This document shows, piece by piece, positions 11,730-23,902 of a stretch of DNA of 64,000 bases. The DNA comes from Flectonema sp. DT1601. Taxonomy: Eukaryota. The first letter of the stretch is position 1. Each line of letters opens with the position of its first letter. The notes beneath the pieces were generated by a model that did no database searches, had not been told where the DNA came from, and saw nothing but the letters and a program-made list of their open reading frames with translations. The position numbers were made by a program, and so were the translations under genes. The stretch lies in assembly GCA_964019425.1 (NCBI GenBank), contig OZ025793.1, forward strand, positions 1,364,001 through 1,428,000, given 5' to 3'.

Positions 11730-12793
11730 AAATTACTCTGTTTTTTCTTTTAAAGGCTCGATATTTTTTTTTATTTTTTTTTTTAAAAATTATTATTAAT
11801 ATAATGTATCCTCGTCTCAAGTTTGTTCTTTTTGGCAGAGGAACTGTCGGTTTTATTAAAATTTTCATAATTATTAAATTACGTTTTCTTGAACCCAAAG
11901 AAGTGACGTACAAGTCTTCTGTATTACACCACCTCCTTCCCTCTAACGACTTATTCAGGTTTTTTTTTTTTTTTTTTTGAAATAAAGCTGTTGATAAAAA
12001 AATTTATTTTTTTTTTCAAAAAAAAAAAAAACTGGAATGAAATACCACAACTAACTGACGAAGGACTGAAGGGGAAAGGATTGAAAATATGTATTTTCAT
12101 ATAAATAAAACTTTTCTTTTTTTTTTTTTTTTTTTTTTAAAGTCTTGATTTAGTTTAGTTTTGATGAATATTAAAACTCGTAAATTAACTCAGCTGCTTG
12201 TATTGTTGTGCATGATTAGTTTTAAAGTAATTGTTTTCTTAAAAGTTATTTGTCTGGTCTCGTGAGCTGTTGGAGTTGTTCGCTTTGATAAAAGTTAAAA
12301 AAAATAAAATAATTCTACGGTGTTAAGTTACTGTTTTATACTTGGGGGGGGGAGACGGTGTTTTAGTTCTCTTTTTTCCCCTTTACAAACAGTAAATACT
12401 TCTATTCGCATAAACAGCAAACTAATAATGTCTAATAACGAATCCTATCAACCCGGATGTGGATAAACATGAAGAATGTCGTTTTTGTTTTGTAATTCTG
12501 TTTGTCTTCCGTGAGCGCCAGTAGTCTGTTTTCTGTATTGCTGGTTGTTACAAAACAAATTCGTTTTCTAATATTTTTTTTTTTTTTCTTCTTTATTAAG
12601 ACTACTAATGTTTTTTTTTTTTCGTACTGCTGCAATGTCCTGTGGAATTAGCTTCTCAATTTTCTTTGTTTTTTTTGCTAAAGACGCCGGTTGACACTTT
12701 CTACTCGCCATCATTTAGCTTTTTTTTGTAGCTCACAATTTTTTTTAATTTTTTATCTGCGTTCTTTGTTGACTTACTTCCCCCCTCCCCTTA

Positions 12794-12870
12794 TGTGGAC
12801 GGAATCCAGTTATAATGATTCATGTAATTTGTTGCGTGGTAACCCTTGATTTATTTATCCAAGTCTCCCC
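12794..12870 (+). repeat. Dispersed repeat fragment shared with 32485-32564
   Basis: tgtggac(g/a)gaatccagttata(a/g)tgattcatgt...ttgatttatttatccaagtc occurs at both loci. Confidence 0.85.
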
Positions 12871-14400
12871 TTTTTTTTAGTCACTGCGTCATATGTAACT
12901 AATGTTTTTTTTGAGTTAGTTAATTTTTGATACAATACATATATATTTATATCTTTTTTAAATATACTCAAACTACTTTTTTTTTCCACTCCCTTTCTCA
13001 GATAACTGATGAGACATGTAAGTCGATACTTCACAATCTTACTTTTGTTTGTTCGAAGTTGAGGCTTTGACTCGAATCAGCTGAACGCGTACGAAATCCA
13101 GTCCGACTGTTGAGAAATTAAAAGAAATTAACAATGATATACATATCAAAGAGTCACGCTCTATATTTTTTTTTATATATTTTTTTTTAATTTTTTTTTG
13201 GGTAGTAAACAAGTAGTAGTAAAAAAATACTTTCTTGGCTCTCCCCCGAAATTACAATCTCAAAATTACTATATTTTCACTTGAGGCGTTGATACAACCT
13301 AAACATGTGAAAATAACTAGTAAGTTGATATTCCTGTTGTATAGAAATACACTTCACTATTTAGATACGAAATGTAAATTTATTGTGGGGGAGCAGAAAC
13401 CTATTTTGCTCTTTATTAGAATTATTTATAAAAAAATATTATTATTATTATTTATTTATTTTTTTTTTTGAAAAATGCTTCAATTTCACTTGATGCAATG
13501 GTCAGCATCAAGAGAAACAATAAAACTCTTAAATGTGAAGGGAAGTTAGTACTCTGAAATACTGACTGCAAGGCATCCATGGTAGTGGTCGGCTCCCTCA
13601 CATGTTTGGTCACTAGCCGAATGTGAGGTGATCTTTTTTTTTTTTTTTTTTTTTTTTTGACCTTAATCTACTGCGACAAACAAGTGACAACTTTACGATG
13701 TTCTCAACTCGTTTCGTCGCTGCTCATCAATCAAATTTTTATTACCAAACCGCCATAGAAGTCTTAACCTCATTCGTGTGTAGATGAGGAGCACATCTAT
13801 GTTGGTTTTCGTTTTATTTATCTCATGGTTGTAGTGTCCCTGCAAATCAGCTGGCTCTTTAAGTAAAAGCTGAGCTCACCAAAGATCGCTTTAATAAGTT
13901 CATCCTGTGGGATTTACGTCACATTATGCGTTCCTGTTATGACTTTACAACAAGATTTGGTCATTTGAAAAAGAAAAAAAAGACCAAGTGTTGTTTTGCC
14001 ATATTATGCGTCCATATTTTTTCTTTTTTTTTTTGTTTTACCGTCGTAGTTGGAGAAGAAACATTGAAAATTGTTATTTTTCGTTGCCTTTTTCTAAAAA
14101 TCTCAAATGATGCGTTCTCTCTTTAGCAATCTGCAGATAGTTTTATTTATTGTTACCGTCACAAGAATTGATTTCTTACTCTGTTAGGTAAACAGAACCA
14201 CAAAACGAATATGTCATCCTCGCTATTCGTTTTTTGTCGCTTGTTTATTGAGAGATCTAATTTTTTCCGCAGACATTGCATAATTCCCTTTTGTGGGATG
14301 TTTTTTCATTATAATTCTAAGATACTACTACTGGAGGATTTTATTATTATCAGTTTTCTGGGAGAAACGGCTGATTGATTCTAATGCGAAAAGAGAAAAC

Positions 14401-14435
<35 letters not shown>

Positions 14436-14437
<2 letters not shown>

Positions 14438-16164
14438 CTTTAATAAGAGGCCAAAAACCCTGTTTTTGAGAAAAATCGAAAAATTTGACAAAGGGGAAAA
14501 GGGGTGTGGGGGAAAAATACAAAAAAATTACAGGGTGAAAGACACCCCCCCGCGCATTGAAAAAAAACTGAGGTCAGCCCGCAAGGGGGCCAAAATAACT
14601 TGAGAAAATGCAACAACAGCCTAAAAAAACACTGTTGCTTAGGACCCCTGGGTTCGCTTTGATTTTAGCAATGTTGTAGGAGTAGAGTGCTTCCGTTTCA
14701 TGTTTTTCGGTGGGATATGATTGTGTGTAGCAAAGGTATGGTTGTTGCAAACAGGGGCTGAATACTTGTCAATATTTTCGTGATATTGTTCGAAGCAGGG
14801 ATCCATGCATAAGAAAACCTCGCTTTTTGAAAAAGAAGTCGATGACCTTACTTTTTTTGAGAACAAATCCGTGAACTGCAGTCCCCAAAAATATCAAATT
14901 TTCGTAGGTAGTGACATTTTGTGTGAGTTTGGTGTGTTCCATGACCAATAAGTTGAGAACATGGCCTTTTTTTGAACTGAGCATATGTCCCGACGTCTTT
15001 TTCAGACTTCTTTTGGAGGGTGAAAACATTGAAGATAGAAATCTCTAACAAGTAGTGAAAGACTTTCAGGGTCCAGCGTTTTGTCATCAGAGTTCTTCTT
15101 GCCTTCCCCCTGATACCGTCTACGAGGTCAACACCACCCATTAGTTTGTTGTACTGATGGATCTGTACCGGTAAGTCGATGGTCACTTTTTGATGGATTT
15201 CCTTATTTTAGTCCATCACGTGGCTGTCTCATAATTCTCCTCGAGAGGCAATGTGCTGAAGACATGTACTTCTTTTGGATTGCCCCTGAATATATGTGAT
15301 GCACATTGTGCATTATGTGATGCACATTGTGCTAGGACTGAAAGTACGAGGCAGAGAACTTCTCCACCCGTCCCTGCGCCTCCGCCTTATTGATCTCGGA
15401 CCATTTGGGAACTATTGTTTCCCAAAAGCTGTGGATTTTGTAGAGCTTGTCAGCAGGTACGGGGTTGGTGACGGTGTAAAACTTTAGATTGGTTCGAATT
15501 TAGAGGAACCGATCTCAGGAAGCGAAGTGGGGTGTGTACGCCGGGTCTGATGTACCGTTCCTGTAATCTGAGATATTTGGTTTATTACAGAGACCCACGA
15601 GGATATTGAGAGTTTGAGTTCAGCTACGTTAAGATTGAGTGCCTAGTTGTTGCTGCAGTGCGAAATCATCTCATCACCTTTGGGGTGAACACAAGTTAAA
15701 ATTTCTGCAGTTCCTTCATCAATTTCAGGTCTGACATGTTCTGCAAGGACCGCCGAAACGTGTGTCGTTTTACCTTGGTGATTTTCTTGCTCCATTTCAG
15801 AGGGGAAATGCTTGGCTCTATTGTACTCTCTTCATCGCTCGAAGAAGACTCAGGAGCACCCAAATCTGGGATAGGTGACCCTACTGAATCATTTTCGATG
15901 GAAATAGTTTTAGGGATTTTAATTTTTGGCTGAAAACATGGGATAGTCATGGGCAACCTGGCTAAGACTGTTCCCAGTGCAGAAAAAAAAAAAAGAACTT
16001 TTTCTCAGAAAAAGCTGGTGATTTTTGCAGCACGATCCCACATAAAATTTGTCGTTTTTGGGCAGCTCTGGCTCCACCCTTGTACTCACAAGGTACATTT
16101 TTCCCCTTTGTCAAAAAAAAAAAAACGCGAAAGGCCCCTATAGTGGCCTTCAGGGCTTAAAGGG
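14436..16164 (-). mobile_element. piggyBac-superfamily DNA transposon, decayed and internally deleted (1729 bp)
   Basis: TTAA at 14432-14435 and 16165-16168; terminal inverted repeats CCCTTTAA...AGGCCA and TGGCCT...TTAAAGGG; transposase remnants inside. Confidence 0.9.
14639..15956 (-). pseudogene. Fragmented piggyBac transposase
   Basis: Segments YNKLMGGVDLVD...KRWTLKVFHYLLEISIFN (third catalytic-Asp region), C-terminal VFLCMDPCFEQYH and acidic N-terminal SSSDEES lie in separate short ORFs; total length is too short for a full transposase. Confidence 0.85.
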
Positions 16165-17653
16165 TTAAATTAATTGTTTCCCCTGTAAATAGATTGCTAT
16201 TTATTATAAATCTATTTGAGCGTCTACCTAACCGATATTCGGGTGGTCTGTTGCTAACTAACTAACGAAATTAATCGACTCATATGATATGAATCGCACG
16301 GCTGGTTGTTGTCTGCGATTTTGTTTCTTTCCTTTTCCCCCTTTTTATTCACTTTCTCGATACCTAACTAACTCTGGTTGGTAAAACCTTCCAACCAGAA
16401 GGTACTCTGGAATGAATAAACAATTGTCACAGATGTGGTACTTGATATTTGTAAACACTGATCGGAGTAGTAAAACTAATATCAGGCAACCTAATCATTT
16501 CAAAAAAAATAAAAAAGACCTGTATACTTCGATTAAAAACAAACAAGAATTCTTCTCCAGAACGCTGTCTTTGTTTGATCGAGTGCCGGATGCATCCTGT
16601 GCAGTTTTTTCCTATTATATGAAATTTGGAGGTTCTGTTTTTTTTTTTTTTTTTTTTCTTTGGAACGATATTTTAGGAGATCAGTCAGCGTTTTCTGCGA
16701 GCCGACTTCGTTTCAGAAACAAATCAAACCAATTTATGAGCAACCTGCTTAGTTGTCGAGGTATCTCCACACATCAATTACCTTTTAGTATTGGCCTTCT
16801 TATTAAGTAGTTGTTTAGTCACCTCAATAAACGAGTTTTTGCAACCACACTACACGCAACGCAATGCAAACTTACGACTCAGAGCTATTACATGACTTCT
16901 ATTTATATTCTACTGGCTACAATCAAATAACCAATTTATGAATTCTAGTGAAACAGGTAACCAACTGCAGTCGGTTATTAGTTCACAATAAAAAAAAAAA
17001 ATCTACTTTTTCTGATTGGAATACAAACTTCGGAATTAGCTTCTGCATACCCACCACACGCACGTCTGCCTTTCAAATAGCATTGAATAGTTATGAGAGG
17101 GATGCACTTTTGTCGTGCTCCTTATTCTTGACTCCGGCGCAAACAAATCAAAACAAAACAAGAAACTTTCGAATTAATATTTATAACATAAGCCCTTCAA
17201 GTTCAACTGTTCCATGTGGTTGATAGCATTTTCTATTCATCCTTTTTGGGTTAATCTCCTGGGGAAGCTCTCTTTTGAAGTAATTGTGAGGGATTGCTGC
17301 TTTCATTGAGGGAATATATTTTTTCGCGCTTCCCGTTAAGGAGGTTAACTGAAACAATAAAAAAACAGAATCAGTCGTGCTTTTAAATATAAAAAAAGAC
17401 TTTGTACGTAACCATTTGAAGATGTTTATCAAACGCTACGTCTTACGGTAGACGCAGTGATACTGAAGACGGGTTTGCTTGCGTTGATTTCACGCTGTTC
17501 TCTATTGGTTAACAGGTAGGTACCAATCAGATGATGAAAAGAACACACGTCGGGATCACACATTCTGTTATTTCTCTTTTCTTGTTTCTAAATATCACTT
17601 TGTTTACACAGATTCGTACTGAGGGAAGTCATTCCTCTGTGCGAACAGCTACA

Positions 17654-19315
17654 ATGGAAACACTCGAAGCTACAGCAGGGAAGTTGCATGAGATGGCAGA
17701 CTCGATGATTGCTCAGAGTGCCGGAATGAAGAAGGCAGTAATAAAAGATAAAGTAGATGAGATTGTCACTTTCTACAATGATAAAATAAAGAGCTACATG
17801 GAACTACTAGACAGTGACAAGGAAGTCATTGACGAGCTTCACGAGAAGGTTCGCGTGTTGGAAGAACAAGCTGCTAAAGGAAGTGATTCAGGAAATATGA
17901 ATGAGTTGCTTCAACAAGAAAAGAGAAATCGATTACAAACAGAAGAGCAGTCGATATCAATTACAACACAACAAGAAGAAACAATTAACAGACTTGAAGC
18001 GAAGCTAAAACAACAAGAAGACATTATTCAGCAATATCAACAGAAGCTGAAAGAAGCCGGAATTCCGTTTCATTGCCAGCCCAGCGTCAAGCACCTCGCT
18101 CTAACTCCGAGAGCACGATCTGGTACACTTAACTCGACTACGGGACTGGATGGCAATTTCAATTTGACGAGAACGTCCTCAGTGAGAGAATCTTCTTTGT
18201 TGTCACAAACTGCTCCGACTACTCCGCTGTTGAGTACAATGGATCGGACGTTTGGTTCCTTTCAAAACAGCGCAAGCGCTGTAGCAACTCCTCGCACAAG
18301 TTCAGGAAGTGGTCTTCAAGAATCTGGACTACCTTCTGTATCTGCGTTGCAGAATTCTAATTATACACGTTCTGCAGATTTTACCTCTCGCAGCACCTCA
18401 GCCGATTGTAGTGAGCAATCGTCTTCACTCGCTAACATTCAACAGGTAATGGATGGCGGCACTCCTTCACTGTCGCGTACCTTTACACCGAATACTTTGC
18501 AGTCTCGTGGAGAATCAATTGACAGATCGGTTAGCTCTATGGGATACAAACATGGAGCTCAAACCTTTGACAGCAACCCTGCGATGTCGAACTCATTTAA
18601 AGCACATCAATCAATGATGAGCAGCCTTCCGCAGTCAGCTGAGACTCCGTCTTTGGGATTAGGAGGAGCAGTTGGCAACTCTGCGGGGGAGAACTCGTTG
18701 AACGCATCTGCAAGGAGCTTCAGACCGCACAGCGATGGCGGTTTGGCAACACCTGTAAATGGACAACCCGGTTTTGCTGTCCCAAGTATCGCCGGGAATT
18801 CTTCTCTCTCTGCTAGTTATCCCTCAGTGGATGCCCCTGGGCAGTCCGCGATAAGTCAACTTCGTCAATCAACTCCTCGTGGGCAGGCTATGCAGGCACA
18901 GATTCTAGCAGACCCTGTCTCGAGTTTTATGAAAGAAATTCAGCAGCTTAGAGTCAACAGTGCCATGAACACTCCGAGAGCTGGTGAGGTGCCGTCCGCA
19001 GGTGCTGCTGCAACTTATCAGCGGGCTGCAACACCTCGCGGGATGGTAAACTTTAATAGTGTAGTACCACAGCAAAGTCAGCAGCCAGCTACTTCTAACA
19101 AGGATGCTGTTTCCTCGTTTCTCGAAGATGTTCGCACTTCGCTCGACTCCCTCAATGACACTAACAAAGCCGCTACACCAGTCTCGTCAACTACGAACTT
19201 CAGATCCCTGATTGGTGACAACAACATTCGCGGCATTGCAGCACAAGCAGCTCCAACAAGAGCTTCATTTGATGCATTTGGGAGTGCGAAGGACTTCGCA
19301 ATCCGTCGAAATTAA
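17654..19315 (+). CDS. Hypothetical protein with N-terminal coiled coil and long Ser/Thr-rich disordered tail containing recurring TPR tripeptides
   Basis: Long ORF; ATG at 17654 after the acceptor ttacacag; heptad-rich first ~135 aa. Confidence 0.75.
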   Translation: METLEATAGKLHEMADSMIAQSAGMKKAVIKDKVDEIVTFYNDKIKSYMELLDSDKEVIDELHEKVRVLEEQAAKGSDSGNMNELLQQEKRNRLQTEEQSISITTQQEETINRLEAKLKQQEDIIQQYQQKLKEAGIPFHCQPSVKHLALTPRARSGTLNSTTGLDGNFNLTRTSSVRESSLLSQTAPTTPLLSTMDRTFGSFQNSASAVATPRTSSGSGLQESGLPSVSALQNSNYTRSADFTSRSTSADCSEQSSSLANIQQVMDGGTPSLSRTFTPNTLQSRGESIDRSVSSMGYKHGAQTFDSNPAMSNSFKAHQSMMSSLPQSAETPSLGLGGAVGNSAGENSLNASARSFRPHSDGGLATPVNGQPGFAVPSIAGNSSLSASYPSVDAPGQSAISQLRQSTPRGQAMQAQILADPVSSFMKEIQQLRVNSAMNTPRAGEVPSAGAAATYQRAATPRGMVNFNSVVPQQSQQPATSNKDAVSSFLEDVRTSLDSLNDTNKAATPVSSTTNFRSLIGDNNIRGIAAQAAPTRASFDAFGSAKDFAIRRN

Positions 19316-20018
19316 AACCGAAATTTAAAGAAGTCTTTAGACAGCAATTTGTTCTCTAACATCACTTTTGATAGAAAACAGTTTTATTATTAATAGCCTT
19401 TGTGAGTGAAAATCACAATCACTCCGAAGTGTTGTAGACAGCGAACAGTTTACTGGTCGCTACAATTGTATTCCCTTCCTCTAGTCTCCCTTTAGAAGTT
19501 TTTGTTATTTATATCATCTCCCTATTCACCTTTTTGATTTATTAGACTACAACAGCTACCAGGTAGTGCTACGACTCACTACTGTTCGTTATATTGTTTT
19601 GAGTTATTGAATGAACTACTTTCTGTTCACTCAAATAGAATTAATTCGTATTCTTTTTGTTTGTTAAATGATCTCCAACCCGTCCCCAAGTTGTTGCATT
19701 GCAAGGCACTGTTGTTTGTATTCTTTTTTTCTTATTGTTGCTTCCGGATTGCGGGTAACAAATAAAATTATTTTTCAAAGTTGTTAATCAGAATTACTTA
19801 AACTGTTCTGAAGTACTTTCTTCTGCAGGATTTTATTAACATCGCTGAGGGAGAGAGCTGATGGTAGTTTATTGTAATTGGAAGTATTTGTTCTTCGCAA
19901 ACCCGCAAAGGATTGGTTCATGTTGTTGGATGGCAACAATAGTTTTAAATAAAAAAAGGACCTGCGAACTTTTTGACAATCAGTTGTTTACTTCAGTAAG
20001 CGTTGCCGTCTCCACAAA

Positions 20019-21984
20019 ATGGTACTCTCCCCACCGCGATACTCGCGAAGGTTGTCGCCAGTTCGACAGCGACCTCCGAGTTTTAACGACGACATCGATG
20101 CGCTGATGATGAATTTAGTATCTCGTGAAGAGAGAGTTCGACTTCAAGAACGAGACCTCGTCAAACACAACAGAACTGTGCAGGACAGAGAAGTTCGGTT
20201 AGTTGTCGGAGAGGAGCGACTTCAGAACAAACAAGAACGCGAAAAGATGATTCTAAATGGACAACAACAACGTATAAAGACAGCAGAGCAGAATCTAGTG
20301 ACTCACAACAAGCAAATGGCAGAACGTGAAACAAAAATAACTCACGAAGAGCAGAAATTAAGACGCGTGAGCGAGCGGGAAAAGCAGCTGCTGAGGGAAA
20401 TCACCGAACGTGAAGAACAAAAAGCAAAGCAAATGAACGAACGAGAGGAGGCAATGCAACAAAGAGAAGGCGACATCACAGCCGCTATGAACGCGGCCAA
20501 GTCGCATTCCATGGAGTTGGAAAAGTTGCAGGAACTCGAAAAGAAATTAGTTGATCGCGAAGTCTCTGTAGGGCAAAAAGAGGACCATTATCTGACAAAC
20601 GAGCAGCGACTCAATCAAGAATTGGAACGCATTCAGGCTGAGGGAAGTAATTTATTGCGAGAAAAGGAAACTTTCCGCGACACAGTACTCCGCCGTGAAG
20701 TCGCTTTCCGCGACCGCGCAGATGAGCTCGATCAGCACGGTGATCAGATTACTACCACAGAAGCAAAACTTCAGCACCAGCTCAATCTCGCAACCCTCCG
20801 TGACGAAGCCGCCATGAAGCGAATTCAGTTTCTTGAGGCCCGTCTACAGGTTTGTTTTCTTTAACATTAGCCGAGTAGTTTTGAAGCAATAAAACCATCC
20901 AAACAAACAGTCGAAGGAATACGAGCTCGCAGAAAAGGAAGCCGTTCTTTCCTCCGAGCAGCAGCGAGTTGTCGAGAAAACCAAACAAGTCGATGAGTTG
21001 GACCAGCAAGCACACGTGAAGTTTGCAGAAGCGAGTCAGAAATACACAAAACACGTTAGTCAGTTGCAAGAGAGGGAAGAAGCTGCTACCTCAAAGATGT
21101 TTGAAGCCGTTACGATGTTGCAGCAAATTGAACGTCGAGAAGCAGCCACCGCGGAACTCCTGAGGGAAGTTGAAATCCGAACACAAGAACTCGACAGAAA
21201 AGAATCTGAAACGTCACTCGCAAAGGAAGCTTTGGGACAAAAACAATCCTACGTTGAGAAGAAGATTGAAGAGCTCCGAGAAGCCCAAAGTGATGTAAAT
21301 TCTTATAAAGAGCGGCTTACTATGCAGCAGGGAATGGCTGCTCAACGAGAGGCAACTCAACGAGTCGAGCATCAGGCTCAAGAGAGCAAAGACAGTCAGC
21401 TAATAGAACGTGAGAAGAAGCTCGAATATCAAGAACAACAACTAACACATCAAATTGAATGTTATGAAGCCTCTCGCAGGGCCTGGGAACTACAAGCTAA
21501 TAAAGGAACGAAAGATGCGACGACTTCTTGTGGAAGCGGCTATGCATTCACAGAAGACAAGTCAACGATGGCTCGAGGTGATTTAATCTTCAGAGGTGTT
21601 AGTGTTGGAGTCACTTGTAATATTCAACCAACAAGAAAGATGGGCCCATGGTGTGCCTTCACTAATGAACTGCTGAAGGGAATCACTACCGAAACATCTC
21701 CTGATACACCTCCTGAAATTGAAGATATTCCGAGAAGGATAGTTGATGACAACTCGAGAAGGGAAATTGAAGACAATCCGAGAAGAGTTGCTGCAGCTGC
21801 CACTCGAGTTATTCCATCGGTCACGATGGGCTCGCCATCTGTGGGTCGGCTTTCACCAGTTCGCCCTCGAGCTGGTGGAAGTGTTGGAAATAAGATTCCC
21901 GTTTTGACATCTTCGCTATCCATCCCGATATCAGATATTCAGAAATATGAAAGTAATCTCACTTCACCTTTACGAAGGAGATAA
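20019..21984 (+). CDS. Long E/R/Q-rich coiled-coil protein (634 aa); exons 20019-20849 and 20911-21984
   Basis: Phase-0 intron gtttgt...aaacaaacag (20850-20910) joins two coiled-coil ORFs in frame. Confidence 0.8.
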
Positions 21985-22262
21985 CAATCTACTACCTGAT
22001 TAGATTGAATGGCTTTTTTCTTATAATTAAATCCGTTTATTTCTGTACTAGAAATCCGTACGAGGGCTATTCCCCGTTACTTGTATTGTACCAAACACCT
22101 CTGTGTCTCTCTCATTAACTTTACGCTATTTAACTGAAACAGATTATGTAGCACTCTGAAGAGGAATAGTGGAGGTGGGATATTTGAATTAATATTTTGT
22201 TACTAATTTGTGTATTAGATATCCAAACAATAAAATGATTAGTTAAAAAGACAAAGTGAGTA

Positions 22263-23726
22263 ATGTCTTTAGAGAGAGAAGCCGTGTTGGAATATTTAAA
22301 ACAAAATAAATTATATTCGACTATCGATGTTCTACTTCGAGAAGAAGATCAGCAACAAGAAGGAGGACAGTTGGTATTAAAACAACTAAAGGAAGCTATC
22401 GTTGGACTCAGTGGAGGACACAAACTTCTTGGGAGAGCTGATTCAGAAATCCGAAGACTATTATCAGAAGTCGTTGAGCATTTAATTAAAACGAAAGCGA
22501 AGAAAGAAGACAGCGAAGTAGTGACGGAAATCTTATTTTTATCATCAAATCAATTACAGATGTCGAAGGACACAATTCTCAATTTACACCGAAATCTTGG
22601 AACAGAGTACACCGGTCAGATGAAAAGAAATATTCGAACTTCAATAAGTGCCTTGACAATTCTAAAACAGTTTTGCGAACGTCACAAAAACACTTCTCTT
22701 TTAAACTCTCTCGTTGATGAGTCGAAGTTTTGTTTTGATCATTTGATTGCGTCTGACGTTTCTTCTTTTTGGAATTACAACAACAAGTCAATTGACAGAT
22801 CCAACCCACCTGTTCCACGAAGTACAGCCGTTCAGATTTTAGAGCACTCTGTAGAAAGTAACGGACCTTGTTTCCTATCACTTAAAGGATGGTCAGGTGA
22901 TGATGATTCTTCTTTTATTATCGCTGCTTCGGAAAAGTGTTTGGCGAAGTTAACAAAACATGACCCGTTGTATTCCAACATATCATCCAATGTGACAGTT
23001 TTGTTGCAGTATCCGACAGATAATAATTTCATGGCGGGAACCGAACTGGGCAGCATCACTCTGCACAACACCTCTAATCTGGCAGAGCTTTGCCAGTACT
23101 CTGTTCCTTGTGGAGTTACTTCTTTAGGTGTTAGTGGTGATATTTTATCGAGATTTGTTTCCACTCATGTCGACGGTCAAATCCTTCTTTGGGACCACCA
23201 CGAGAGCAGCACAACTGGGAGACCCATTCGACAGTTAAGCGGCTCTTCTGACGGTGGATTCGTCCCGACAAAGGTTGAATGTAAAGATGCAAACACAATA
23301 ATTGTCGGTGGGACTGAATCTGTTCTATTATACGATCTGAGAATAGAAGGAAGTAGTTGTCTTGTTGGGAGATATCAAATACCTGTCGACAATTCCATTC
23401 CATTACAGAGTGACGACAGTCTTCCAATTGTAACTTGTCTTTGTTCAGTTTTTGAAGGAGTCGCATTTGGTATTTCAAGCAATCAGGTTCATTTTCTAGA
23501 CCTCCGTACGGGCACTTCTAGTTCAGTATTTCCAACACCTTGCGTACCGACAGCGATTTCTTTAAATTCAAGATGTACTAATGAAGTAGCTGTCGGAATA
23601 AACAGCTGCGGGATTCACTTAATGAACTCATCAAGAGTAGACATCAACACCTACCAGTGTGGGACACCTGTAAATATGAATTGGGAAGGTGATCTTCTTA
23701 TCGCTGTAACACATCCAATGCAATGA
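22263..23726 (+). CDS. LisH-motif plus divergent WD40 beta-propeller protein
   Basis: LisH-like start REAVLEYLKQNKLYSTIDVLLRE; WD-like ends DGQILLWD, VLLYDLR, VHFLDLR. Confidence 0.65.
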   Translation: MSLEREAVLEYLKQNKLYSTIDVLLREEDQQQEGGQLVLKQLKEAIVGLSGGHKLLGRADSEIRRLLSEVVEHLIKTKAKKEDSEVVTEILFLSSNQLQMSKDTILNLHRNLGTEYTGQMKRNIRTSISALTILKQFCERHKNTSLLNSLVDESKFCFDHLIASDVSSFWNYNNKSIDRSNPPVPRSTAVQILEHSVESNGPCFLSLKGWSGDDDSSFIIAASEKCLAKLTKHDPLYSNISSNVTVLLQYPTDNNFMAGTELGSITLHNTSNLAELCQYSVPCGVTSLGVSGDILSRFVSTHVDGQILLWDHHESSTTGRPIRQLSGSSDGGFVPTKVECKDANTIIVGGTESVLLYDLRIEGSSCLVGRYQIPVDNSIPLQSDDSLPIVTCLCSVFEGVAFGISSNQVHFLDLRTGTSSSVFPTPCVPTAISLNSRCTNEVAVGINSCGIHLMNSSRVDINTYQCGTPVNMNWEGDLLIAVTHPMQ

Positions 23727-23902
23727 ACTTATCCCCGCTGGGGGCGACATCGATCTCATCAAGAGAACAGTTGATAACCAAACAGTTCATTTGATGTTTA
23801 CTTTATTACTTCAACAGATAACAGAAATTAATTGTGTGGAATGTACTCGTGTCTCTGTTGTTTATTATTCATTCTGAATCAGTCAGAACTTTCAAACACA
23901 AA

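Noticed and set aside
13705..13735. Minus-strand minimal hammerhead-like TTGATGAG..CGAAACGAGTT
   Set aside because: C3 is absent and stems I and II do not pair.
11686..17432. Short K/F-rich ORFs in AT-rich intergenic DNA
   Set aside because: Products of poly-A/poly-T runs with no coding signature, apart from the transposase remnants.
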